A DNA stretch of 37,241 bases from Fonticula-like sp. SCN 57-25 (taxonomy: Eukaryota): positions 1 to 37,241 of the forward strand of contig MEDX01000036.1 in NCBI GenBank assembly GCA_001724245.1, written 5' to 3'. This document shows positions 20,541 through 32,196 of the stretch, in pieces. Made by a program: the position numbers and the translations under genes. The stretch's first letter is position 1. Every line of letters begins with the position of its first letter. The notes beneath the pieces are model-generated. The model made no database searches. It was given only the letters and a program-made list of their open reading frames with translations, and was not told where the DNA came from.

Positions 20541-22100
20541 ATGATGCGGGTGTCGCTGAGGCTGGCGCGGGCGGCGGGCCGCCGCGTCGAGCTCGATGCC
20601 GACATGGAGCTCGCAAAGGAGGTGATGAGGAAGCGGCCGAGCTCAGTGAGGCTGTCAAAGGCGATTGACGCCAAGGAGGGATCGCTCGCGGACGGCGATC
20701 TCGTGCACCTGACGCACCGCGGGTACTATGTCGGCATGGGCATCAACGAGGCGCACCCCAAGGATCCGGCCACCAAGCCCGGGATGGTTCACATGCTTCA
20801 CTACGACGCGGTGAACGGGCCGGCGCCGACGGACCTCACCGCGTGGTGGACGCGGCGGATGCACGAAGCAGTCGCATTCCGCCGGTCTATCGGCTACAAC
20901 ACCGACGACCGGTCCATGTACCGCCTCGTGCACGGAAGTGGTACGCGGTTTTTGTGCCACGATTCATGTTCTAAACAGTTGCTTTTCCTTTTTTGTTCTT
21001 GCATTTCCGACCAATAGGCGACGGGATCCCGTTTGTGAGCATCGATGTCTACGGCCACGAGGCCGCCGTCCTCCGCTTCCGCAAGCCCTGCATCCGCCAA
21101 CACTCGGCCTCGATCGTCACCGCCCTCCAGTCCGCCACGCTCTCCTCCCCCATCAGCCGCCTTTACGCGCGCGACGACTTTCCGCCGCGCCCCTCTGCGC
21201 AGTACATCCACGGCGCGCCGCCGCCGCTCCCCGACGCCCTCTCCTTCTCCGAGGCCGGCATGGACTACTTTGTCAACTGGGAAAAGTCGCAGAAAACCGG
21301 TTTTTACCTCGACCAGCGCGTGAACCGCGACTTTGTGCGAAGCGTCGCCGCCGGCCGCGACGTGCTTGACGTGTACGCGTACACTGGCGGCTTTTCGGTG
21401 GCGGCGCTGCACGGCGGCGCGCGGTCGGTCACGAGCGTCGACGCGTCGGCGACCTACTTGGCCACGTGTGAGCGCAACGTGAAGCATAACAAGGAAATGC
21501 TCGGCGGGGAACGCGCGGGAATGCAGCACAGTGTCCACGTGGGCGATGCGATGAAGTACTTGAAGGAGGGGGCGGCGGACGCGGCGTACGACCTCGTGAT
21601 TGTGGACCCGCCGTCTTTGGCAGAGACGCGTCACAGCTTGGACCAGGCACGCGTCTATTACCGCAGGCTAAACACTCTTGCTCTTCAAAAGGTGCGTGAT
21701 TTGTTTTTTTTTGCCTTTTTTGGTTGATTTTGATACATTTTTGATATGTTATTAATACTGTTGTGCACATTTTGGATCATTTTATGTCATATTTGCCACT
21801 TTTTTGTACCTTTTTGTCACTCTTTTTGTCCCTTTTCTGCCACTTCCTGACTCTTTTTGCCTCCAGCTACGCCCCGGCGGCATTCTCTGCACCTTTTCGT
21901 GCACACACGCCCTCGCCACACACGAGTTTTTCGACATTGTCAAGCAGGCCGCTCACGCCGCGCGGGTCGACACGCGCCGCCTTCGCGTCCTTTCGCAGCC
22001 GCCCGACCACCCAGTTACCACCGAGGGCGACGCGACAGAGTACCTCAAGGGGCTTGCGCTTTACGTGGCAGAAAGTGCACCGAAAAGCGGCCAAAAGTAG
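20541..22100 (+). CDS. RlmI-family SAM-dependent (m5C) RNA methyltransferase, 3 exons
   Basis: YRLVHGSGDGIP…IDVY, QKTGFYLDQRVNR, VLDVYAYTGGFSV, VDAS, YDLVIVDPPS, GGILCTFSC, PPDHP…YLKG. N-terminus is Arg-rich and lacks acidic residues. Confidence 0.88.
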
Positions 22101-22269
22101 ACCTGTAAATACATGTTGCCTATTTGTTCCAATAGACTTGTACTATTTGTTTCAATAGACTTGCACCAAACAAGACCATAAATCAGACTTTAACGACATA
22201 TTATTTACTTTCACAACTACAACAACTACAAATTCTCACTTTTAAAACTACATTGCCTATAGGCTACAA

Positions 22270-23662
22270 TTACTGCACTTGACGCGCCTTTGCCGCGTAT
22301 CCCAATACGAGCCCACCGAGCTCCTCAAAGTCCGCCTCCTCCAAATATATCTGCGCCGACAGCCGCGCGTACGGCACGCCATTCTGCGAGTGCACCACAA
22401 TATATATCCCATGCTCATCAAACAGCGCCTCCTGCATCGCGTACGCATCGGCCTCGGCATCAAACGGCAGCCTCACATCAACCTAAATTACCCATTTTTA
22501 GCATCATTTCCTCGCCAAAACACAAGTAAAATGTACCATGGCGCCGACCATGCTGAGCGGCGCGATGAGGTCCGTCTGCCAGAGCGCCGCGAGGTACTGT
22601 CCCGCCCACGCGGCCAGCCCGCCAATGTACCCGACGATGGCCGCCTCGCCGCCGATCGACGCCCGAAAGGCGAGCGCGTCGCGCATGGCAAGCATGTTGC
22701 TATAGTCACGTGTGCCAGTGTACTCAAAGCGAGAAACAAAAGTGCTGTCTTGGAACTCGCTCGAGATGACGGTCGGGACGACGCCGTCCTGGTAGTCGCG
22801 GCGGACCCAGAGGACGGCCGAGCCCTTGGGGGAAAAGAGCCACTTGTGGCCGTTGGAGAGGTAATAGTCGGCGCCGAGTGTGGTGACGTCGACGGGGATT
22901 TGGCCAATGGCGTGCGCGCCGTCGACCATGACGCGCGCGCCGCGCGAGTGCGCAAGGGCGGCGATCTCGGTGACGGGGTGGATCAGGGCGGGGACGGAGC
23001 TGATGTGGCAGATGGCGACAAGCTTGGCGTCGGGGTGCGCGTCCAGGCCAGCACTAGAGTAAAATGGTTAGGGAAAAAGGCAGAAAAAGGAGAAAAGGAG
23101 GCGTACCGGACGGCATCGACGAGCTCAGAGGCATCGTGCACGGGGAGAGCGACCTTTTGCTCGATCAGCTGCACATTGTCCGCCTCGCTTAGGTACGAAA
23201 ACACATTCTTCACCATCGGGTACGCAAGGCTCAAATAGATGACCTTGTCGCTATTGGCCAGTTAGCGAGATTACCAAAATCAATGTGGACGCACTTGGCG
23301 CCGAGGTTCATTGAACGCATGATGCCATTGACGGCTGACGATGCCGACTCGACCAGCACGACATCATCCGTGGACGCGTTGAGAAAGCCGGCCATGTCGG
23401 CGCGCACGAGGCGCATCTCTTCGCGGTACGTGCCGCGGAACCACGGGTCCGGCCGCGCCTCCATGCGGTCCTGGTACTCGCGCAGGGCGGCCGTCACGAC
23501 GCGGGGTGTCGCGCCAAACGAGCCATGATTAAAGGTCCGGTACTCGGGATCATACTGAAACTCGCTCAGCATCGCGCGGCCAAACGAGGCCGATGCACCG
23601 CTGCGCTCCGCTGCGGCAGCCGCGCCCGCGGCCACCAGCATGGTCAGCACCAGACCCCGCAT
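22270..23662 (-). CDS. Class V PLP enzyme (Egt2 / L-cysteine desulfhydrase / isopenicillin N epimerase-like) with signal peptide
   Basis: FNHGSFGATP, VDGAHAIGQ, YYLSNGHKWLFSPKGSA (PLP lysine), GTRDYS, RLSAQIY; multi-exon. Confidence 0.88.
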
Positions 23663-23978
23663 CCTCCCTCCTGCAGCCCCAAACATGCAAACCTGCATGC
23701 AAAACAAGGAACCACCTTTACGCCCGACTCTGCCCCAGACTTTTACCGTGAACGGAATCCAATCAGGATCATCTCCACCCAATCGAAGCATGGCGATTGG
23801 TCGATTATTCCGAAAAAGGACGCATTCGACCGAATCGGTGCATATTTGCGCAGGAAGCGGCGGCAAGGAACTGTTGATAGGACGCGCGTCGTGCCTGGCG
23901 GATTTCCCTTTGGCAAGGCCGACTTTTTTGTGCTAGCAGATTGCCTTGTGTGGTGTCGACCGAATTCTTCCAGTCGAG

Positions 23979-26900
23979 ATGGACCCCATGCGTCGTGTTG
24001 AGCATGCCATCTCTGTCAAGGTGAGCGAGGCAAAGGACCTTTTCAAGGGCGGCGAGCCCGACACGTACTGCGTGATCAAGGTGAACCACAGGGAGATCGC
24101 GCGCTCCAAGACGGCGTTCGGCAGCGGAAACCCTTCCTTTGACGCCGAGGCGACCAAGTGCGTTTTATTTGTGTTTTGGCCTTCTTTTCGCCTCTTTTTC
24201 TCGGCGCCTTTATTGACACGTGTCGCGCAGGGAGGTTCCCGAGGACCTCAAGGACCTTACGGTCGTCCTGTGGGAATCCACGAACCGCTTCATTTCTGAT
24301 GTCCCTCTTGGCATGGTCACCGTGACCGCCGCAGAGATGCTGCAGAACCGCAACCAGCATGTTGAAAAGTGGTTCCCGGTACGCATTCCTTTTCATCCTC
24401 TCATTCGCTGACCGCCATGCAGCTGTACGCCTGCGAGACCGAAGGCAGCGTCACCGGCGAGGTCATCCTCGAGCTGATGCGCTCCGACGGCAACATTACC
24501 GTCACTGTGCAGAGCGGCGTCAACCTCGTGAGCCGCGACGTGAACGGCTTTTCCGATCCCTACGTCGTCCTTCACGTCCTCCCCGATCCCGGCGCCGTCT
24601 CGACGCAGGCCACCAAGGTGAAGAAGAAGACGCTCAACCCCAAGTTTGACGAAAAGTTTATCTTTAAGAACGCCGCGAATGTTCCGAACGCGCTGCTGCA
24701 CGTCAGCGTGTGGGACTGGGATCGCTTCACGGACGATGACTTTATGGGCTACACGACCTTTGACCTGAGCAAGCTCGAGGAGGGCCAGCGCAAGAACGTG
24801 TCGCTGCCGCTGCTGCCCAAGCCGGCAGAGATCAAGGACACGGACGCGAGCGTGGTGGCGGCGAGCGACAGCCAGGACACGCTCAGCGCAAAGGACAAGA
24901 AGAACAAGAAGAAGGAGATGGCAATCAAGGGACGCGCATTCGTCATGGAAATGCAGGCGTTCCAGGCTGGTGCATGTACGAGAAAATAGGTTGATATTGA
25001 GTGATATTTTGTTGATAATTTGGTACTTGTTTGTTACTTTCATGATGATTTTGTGGTGCGTTTTGTGCTCTTTTGATCCTTTGTGCCATTTTTTGAAGCT
25101 CGTTTGATACATCTGTTTCATTTTTTGGTACTTTTGTGACATATTTGCCCACTTTTCCCCTCTTTTTGCCCCCTTTTCGCCCACTTTTCCCCTCTTTTCT
25201 TCCACTTTTCTTCTTACACCTTCTTTCCAGCGCGCGCCAACCTTCAGCCCCAAGTGACCGGCTCCATGCGCCTCAAGTTCCGCTACAGCGCCGAGCCCAT
25301 CCTCGACATTGACCACTACGCCAACCTCCTCAAGGTCATCCGCGAGGACTCTTACCGCCTCCCAGTGCTGCTCGGCAAGGTCTCGAGCGACCGCGAGGAC
25401 GCCGCGTGGTCGCTCGTCAAGATTGCGCAGTCGCAGAACGACGCAGTGCCGTTCCTAAACTATATCATTTCGCACGAGGTCGCATCGACGCGTGCGTTCA
25501 CGTGATTGGGTGGAGATGATTGGCTGACGATCGTGTGTAGTGGATCCGAATACTATTTTTAGGAGCAATTCGATGGCGTCAAAGGCGGTCGATGTCTACA
25601 TGAAGCTCGTCGGTACGTTGATAGGAATAATATATTTTGTGGATATTGTGAATTTTATATGAAAGTGGGTGTCTTTTATGGCTGATTGTGTTAAAGAGTG
25701 TAGCATAAATTATACTTTTTGTCTGTTTTAATCATTGATTGTGTCACTTTGTGTATCAAAAGTGATCTTTTCATGCACATTTTCGCACTTCTCCCACCTA
25801 TTACTCACTTTTTCCATTCAGCCCTCGAGTACCTTTCCGACACTATTGGCCCCGTCATCCGCGAGATCATGATCTCAAAGAAGTCGGCCGAAGTCGACCC
25901 GACCCGCCTCGAAAAGAACGACGACATTAAAAAAAACTGGAAAGTCCTCAAAGCCTTCACTTCCTCCCTCATTGACGCCATCTTCAAGTCTGCCGACCGC
26001 GTGCCTCTCCCCCTTCAGGCCGTCTTTTCGCACCTCCGCACCGCGTGCGCCTCCCAGTGGCCCATGGACTCTGTGGTGGGCTTCACGAGCGTCGCCGGGT
26101 TTATTTTCCTGCGCCTTTTCGTCGCCGCGACGCTCAACCCGATCTTGTTTGGTGTTTGGCCCGACCACGCGGACCAGCGCGCGTCGCGCACGCTCACGCT
26201 CGTCGCGAAAACGCTGCAGAATTTGGCGAACTTGAATACGTTTGGGCAAAAGGAGGCGTTCATGGCGGACATGAATGAGCTGATTGAGGAGAGGATGGGC
26301 GGGATGAAGGCGTATTTGGAGAGTGTGTCCACGTGGACGGAGAAGAAGCAAAAGTTGTTTGCGGCGACGAATAAGAAGGCGGTCGACATGAAGGTGCGAG
26401 GAGAAGGGGAGGAGAAGGGCAAAGGAAGGGGAAAAGAAGGGGAAAGTGACTGGAAAGTACCTTAAAAGTACTTGAAAGTGACTGAAAAGTACTTGGAAAG
26501 TACTTGGAAAGTACCTGAAAAATACTTGAAAAGTACCTGAAAAGGACTGAAAAGTGCTTGAAAAGGTCTTAACGATACCTAAAAGGATTCTAGTGTACTT
26601 GAAAAGTACCCAGTACCTAACCAATGGGAATATCTCTTCATTGTAACAACGTGGCTAACATGTAGTAGGGCACTGTTCGCAAGCGCATGGGCAATGGCTC
26701 GCAGGTTGAGGCGCAGATCAAGGTGGACGTCCCGAGAGAGTGCACCAATGTGTTCCAGCACTTGAATAAGAGCTACGCGGCCATGAGCGAGGCGGCCGCA
26801 AAGGAGGTGCGACGCGAAAGGGAAAAAGATATGAGAAATAGTGGGAAAAGGGGCTTGTAAATGGATGGAAATGATATAAAGTGTTGTGTAAATGTTGGTA

Positions 26901-27139
26901 AATGAGGTAAACATGGTGGTAAATGAGGATGAAAATGCTGGGAAATGTTGGTAAAAGAGCGTGGATATCGTGCAATTTTGGCGGGAATGAGAATCATATT
27001 GTTGTGACGGGAAATGAACCTATTTCTACTCTAGTCAAAACTGATCATTGACTGACGCTTTTCTTAGAACTTGGGGCCAAATCTGCTTGTGCAGCTCCGC
27101 GGTGTCCTTGATGAGCTCGCTCCTCAGCTGGAGCTGTGA
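23979..27139 (+). CDS. GAP1-type C2-C2-RasGAP protein (multi-exon)
   Basis: Two C2 domains (VSEAKDL…PDTYCVI; SRDVNGFSDPYV…KKTLNPKFDE…VWDWDRFTDDDFMG); RasGAP IFRSNS arginine finger, GFIFLRLF, RTLTLVAKTLQNLAN, KEAFM. Confidence 0.9.
26441..26612 (+). repeat. Degenerate ~11-bp minisatellite inside a RasGAP intron
   Basis: Repeated (G)GAAAAGTAC(T/C)T units. Confidence 0.85.
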
Positions 27140-27739
27140 TCGCGACCGCCGCATCCGCCGTCGCATCTTTTTTGGTTTTTTTATTTCATTTTTGTCTATG
27201 TTTGTATCCGTTTGAAATGTTCCTTGGCTCCGCCTTTCAATAAGAATAATATTTATCTCGTATTAACAACGGCACTTTTGAATTTGGGTTGGGGCATGAC
27301 GAAGATGATGGTTCAGTCTGGAAAGGTCAACGAGATGCTTCCAATTGGAATGTATAATTTCAGCCATATTCAAATGGAAACACAGTATACTACGTGTACA
27401 TACGACTGTATGGTATACTGATAGTTTGAAAGCCATATAGCGCATTCAAACGTGTTTCATGTACGTATTTTCTTGCCATGCCCCTGCCAAATGTCGCCTT
27501 TGCCGGATCAACTCTCGCGATGGCCACGTGGATGACACGTCTTCGACCAATCAGAGAGCGTTGCCGCCCATTGCGCAACGAAGTGCCACCGCGCACCACG
27601 CGTATTACACTTGCGACCCTGCAAGGCTTACAAAGCAGCGAGTGCGTATATTACGCCCCCTCTGCACGCCTGCGCGTTGTATTTCGCCGTATCTTGCTGC
27701 TAGACACCGCTCTGCCGAGTTTGATCTGGTTTCGTGATC

Positions 27740-30555
27740 ATGGGCGAGTATGAATTGGCGGCCGGCATGCCGTCGTCCACGCTGTCGATGCTCGGCCTGT
27801 CGTCTGGAAGCATCCTCGGCAATCTGGAAATGTCGCACGACGGGATGGCGCGCTACCTTGACCGGACGCCCGCCGTGCTGACGTGGGACGACATTACAAA
27901 GTGGGTGATGGAGGAGCCCAAGGATACCGAGCCCGCTTCTGCCGATGATGCGGCGGCCGTCAAGTCTGCCGGGATCCTCGGCGGCGTCCTGTCATCGGCC
28001 GCCACAAAGTTCAAGTCGATCCTCCCCTCTCGCCAGCCAAAGGTCCGCAAGACGATCCTGCACGGGATGAGCGGCATTGCCGAGCCCGGCTCGATGATTG
28101 CGCTGATGGGCCCGAGCGGCTCTGGCAAGACCACCCTGCTCAACGTGCTCGCCGGCCGCACGACGCTCAACTTTACCGGCAGCGTGTGCATCAACGGCGT
28201 CCCCCTTAGCAAGTCGATGAAGCGCAGCATCGCGTACGTGATGCAAGATGACATTTTTTTCGACCATCTCTCCGTGATCGACCAGCTCATGTTCACCGCC
28301 TCTCTTCGCCTCGACCCCGCGATGCCCCCCGACGCCCGCTCTGCCCACGTCTCGCTCGTCATGGACCGCCTCATGCTCTCGCACATCCGCGACACCGCCA
28401 TCAGCGACATCAGCGGCGGCGAGCGCAAGCGCGTCAACATCGCCAACGAGATCCTCTCCAACACGTCGCTGATCCTGCTCGACGAGCCGACGTCGGGCCT
28501 CGACTCGACCGCCGCCGGCACGCTCATCGCAACACTAAAGGCATTCGCACGCGACGGAAAGCGCACAATTGTCATGTCGATTCACCAGCCGAGCAGCCAC
28601 GTGTTCATGGCTTTTGACAAGGTGCTGCTCATGGGAAAGGGGCACATGGTGTACGCGGGCGCGCCAGACAAGGTGGTAGGGTACTTTGGGGCAATGGGGT
28701 ACGAGTGCCCGCAGTACTACAACCCGTCGGACTTTATCAGTGCGTTGGGAAAGGGGGTGTAAATGGGGGTGTAAATGGGTAGTGGAAGTACATGGGAGTG
28801 TTGCCTTGAACGTGTACAGCATGATGCGTGTCTTTATGCATGATATCTTTATGAGTATATCATATTTTTGTGTCTTTTTATTTCATTTTCTTCCATTTTC
28901 TCTTCCTTTTCTCTGTCCTTTTCATCTTTTTCTCTTCCATTTTACCTTTCTTTTTCTTTTACTAACTTTCCTAAAGTGGACCTTGTAAACGATGACGTCA
29001 TCCGCAACCGCCTCATCGACTCCTTCTCCTCTTCAAAGTCCCCCCTTCCCGCCATCACCGACACCCCCTCCGACACCCACCTCACCTCCATCGAGGCCAC
29101 GTGGGCAGCTTCCTATTGGACACAACTTCGCATTTTAATATGGCGTAACGGCAAAAATGCCAAAAATGGACTTTTCACGTGGCTCAATTTCATGCAATCG
29201 GTCTTGTTGGCGCTGCTTTGCGGCCTTTGTTGGTTTAATATGCCAATGACAACGTCAGTGCTGAACGATCGCGTCGGATTCGTGCGTGGGGTAGGTGGCC
29301 ACGTGGTTATACTGATGATTTGATAGGTGTTTTTCGGGTTGACATTTTGGCCAATCGTACGCATTCCAGTTGTTGCTATATTATCTATGTATCATGCTGT
29401 AGATAAATGTGCATAGTAGTAATGATGTTAATCATTTCCTATTATAATGTTATCTGTATCATATTTATACCTTTTGTGATGCTATATGTATCATTTCCTT
29501 CTATACTGTTATCTGTTTCCTTTCATAGTGTTATGTATATCACCCTTTTCCCTTTCTTTCCCTATCAATTTCCTTCACTTTCCCTGTCAATTTCTCTTCT
29601 TTTCCCCTTCTAATTCTTCCCAGTCGTCGACTTTCACCGCCATTCTCTCCTTCCCCACTGAGCGCCGCGTCCTCCACAAAGAGCGCCTTTCCGGCACATT
29701 TCGCCTCTCTCCCTACTTTTTCGCCAAAACCATCGCCGAGCTGCCAATGCTGCTTCTGTTGCCGCTCATTTTTACCGTCATTGCGTATTGGATGGGGAAT
29801 TTGAACCCGGATTTTGGGAGGTTTGTTGGGTTTTTGGCGGCGCTGTTGGTGTGCGTGATGGCGGGGGAGAGTCTGGGGTTGCTTATTGGTGCGGTCTTTC
29901 TTGACATGCAAAAGGGTACGATTGAAGAGAAAGAGGCTTATCGGGGGGGTGTATTTGTGGTTAAATGATGTATTTGTGGTGTATTTGTGCTTTTTGTGGT
30001 ATGTTTGTGTTGTATTTATATTGTGTTTGTGTTGTTAATGTGTGAATTTCAATGTATTCTTAGATGAGTACTTGTTTTTATGATGCTTTTGCTTGCCATC
30101 ATATGACATTGGCTCACCTACCGCCCGCCTATTTACTCTTTATTCTAACATTACTTTCCCTATTCAGCGCTTGTTGCGGGTACGATTGCCGTCCTCGGCC
30201 TCATGCTGGTGTGCGGCTTCTTTGTCAAGAGCCTCCCCTTTTGGTTCTTTTGGACGCGCTACCTCTCGTGGTTCAAGTACACCTTTGACGCGTCGCTCAT
30301 CATGGAGCTGAGCGGCACCGTCATGCGCTGCGACACCGCCGACTGCGGATTTACGGGGACCGTGTCGGGCGAGGAGGCCATGGCGGCGCTCCAGGTCGAG
30401 GTGCGCGCCGCGCGATCTCTTGTGGTGGTGTGCTGACGAGATGCTAGGGATCGTATGGGAGCAACTTTGCGATCAGCTTGCTGTTTATGTTTGCGCTGCG
30501 ATTTGCGGCGTACTTGTGCCTGCGGTTCATGCACACAAAGAACGCGAGGCAGTGA
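27740..30555 (+). CDS. ABCG (White-like) half transporter (multi-exon)
   Basis: Walker A GPSGSGKTT, signature ISGGERKRV, LLDEPTSGLDS, SIHQP, YNPSDF; ABC2 membrane domain (SFPTERRVLHKERLSG, YLSWFKY). NBD precedes TMD. Confidence 0.93.
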
Positions 30556-30709
30556 GAAGGAGAGTGGGTTAATTCGGCGGCATGTGTAGCAACATCGTGG
30601 ACTGTATTTTACGGCATGGATGATGATTGAGAATGCATTTTTGGAAGAGGAACAAAACTGAAAATATACACAGAATGGGTGGTAGTACAGAATAATAGAA
30701 GAAAGAAGG

Positions 30710-31118
30710 CTAGCCGATGGTGTGTGCGGCGGCGCTCACGTCGGAGTGGCTCACGTGGCGAGCCTCGGCGAGAATGCTCCTGTCGGCGGCAATCTAGGGA
30801 AGAGTCAGGCAAAAGACAGAAAAAGCCAAAAAATAAAGACACAAATTCAATGAAATACACAAATATATGCATCTACGTCAACATATCACGGCATACTGTG
30901 TTTGACACACCGCATCAGCGCGTTCGTACCTCCATGAGCAGCTCGAGGTGTGCCGTCACGATCTCTTTGAATGCATGCTTGGTTGTCTGCCGAATGCGCG
31001 CCGATCGCGCCAGCCTGTGGCGCAAGTACGCGCTGGTCACGTCCGACTCTCCACCGCGACCCGCCTTTTTTGGCGACGCTGCGGCATGCGGCTCTGGCGG
31101 CTCTGCCGGCGGCGGCAT
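30710..31118 (-). CDS. Small H4-like histone-fold protein (2 exons, 90 aa)
   Basis: Exons 31118-30930 and 30793-30710 (GTACG…CCTGAC…CTAG intron) give MPPPAEPPEPHAAASPKKAGRGGESDVTSAYLRHRLARSARIRQTTKHAFKEIVTAHLELLMEIAADRSILAEARHVSHSDVSAAAHTIG*. Confidence 0.65.
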
Positions 31119-31134
31119 CCCCGTCGCAGATTTA

Positions 31135-31216
31135 GGCGGGAAACGCACTGCACCCTTGATGGTCATCAACTTTCCACTGATGCATGTCAGTCATCATTTT
31201 GACCTCCCGCGCGAAA
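31135..31216. promoter_or_regulatory. Two E2F consensus sites in a 97-bp divergent promoter
   Basis: GGCGGGAAA 31135-31143 (reverse complement TTTCCCGCC) and GCGCGAAA 31209-31216 (reverse complement TTTCGCGC). Confidence 0.5.
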
Positions 31217-32088
31217 TGTGGCTGCGGCGGTGGGCGATTCCGGCATCGCTGCTGGCCGGCTACCTCTTCGCTCCCCTTCTAGAGTCGCTCCCATACGCCT
31301 CCGACGCCTCCTCTCTCTGGCTGACGACCTCTTTTGAGTGGCGTCTTCTTGCTGTGGCGCTCTTGCTGGCGTCGATCGAGCTGTTTGGCGTGGTGTCGGT
31401 GGGGGATGCCGCCGGTGCACCTGTGCTCGTAAAGCACGCAAGGTTGGCCGCGTGGGAGCCGCGCGGGTTGATTTTGGCGGCGGTCGCGGCGGGCCACGCG
31501 ATACGGGCGGGCGTGCAGTGGCAGGACGCCGCATCGGCCGCCATCCCGTTGGCTGGCCCCATCCTTGCCGCCCTTCTCGCGTGGCGCATCGCGGGCGGCA
31601 TCATCGCGCGCCTCATTGGCGGCGAAAAAGCTACCTGGGACGCCGCTCAGCCGTCGTTGGACTCTTTGACGGCCACCGATGCTCAATTAACCAACGAGGC
31701 GCCTTTAGTTGACGCTGCTGCAGTTGAAACTGAGCCAAATGAAGTCCAAGACAGTGTCGCCCCCAGTGCTGAACCCGAGCCCGACACGGCCGCCCCGCCC
31801 GCCGACGCCGACGCGCCTTCAGAGCCGCTCCTGCCAACCGTCCCCGACGCTATTGACGCGCAGCCCGTGGCGGTCCGCAGCCAAGGGCCGTCGCACTGGC
31901 TGACGGCGGTTGTCGGCCTCGTGGATGCCGCGCGGCTCTGCCTCCTGCTCTTCATCCTACCCAGCGTCGTTTGCATGTTTTTTATCGAATGGGACAGTTT
32001 GGGGCGGTTTATCGAGCTGAAAGCGGCGCTCGTCGAGTTTTCCGTTTATCATCTCGTGCTCGGATCGGTCCACCATCATTGTCATTAA
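31216..32088 (+). CDS. Hypothetical multi-pass membrane protein
   Basis: ATG at 31216 (MWLRRWAIPASLLAG…); several hydrophobic segments flank an acidic Pro-rich loop; GC-rich; stop followed by an AT-rich 3' region. Confidence 0.6.
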   Translation: MWLRRWAIPASLLAGYLFAPLLESLPYASDASSLWLTTSFEWRLLAVALLLASIELFGVVSVGDAAGAPVLVKHARLAAWEPRGLILAAVAAGHAIRAGVQWQDAASAAIPLAGPILAALLAWRIAGGIIARLIGGEKATWDAAQPSLDSLTATDAQLTNEAPLVDAAAVETEPNEVQDSVAPSAEPEPDTAAPPADADAPSEPLLPTVPDAIDAQPVAVRSQGPSHWLTAVVGLVDAARLCLLLFILPSVVCMFFIEWDSLGRFIELKAALVEFSVYHLVLGSVHHHCH

Positions 32089-32196
32089 TATGTATTCATT
32101 GTTTATAAATGCACTCAATTTCCGCTCACGGCAGCACCAAAACAACAACAACAACAACAGCATAATCAGCATAATCAATATATACATTTGATGTTA

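Noticed and set aside
26441-26612. Regular repeat considered as a CRISPR-like array
   Set aside because: Contiguous ~11-bp degenerate units with no unique spacers, inside an intron.
30679-31215. N-terminal extension of the 469-aa plus ORF
   Set aside because: It overlaps the minus-strand histone-fold gene and its intron; the plausible start is ATG 31216.
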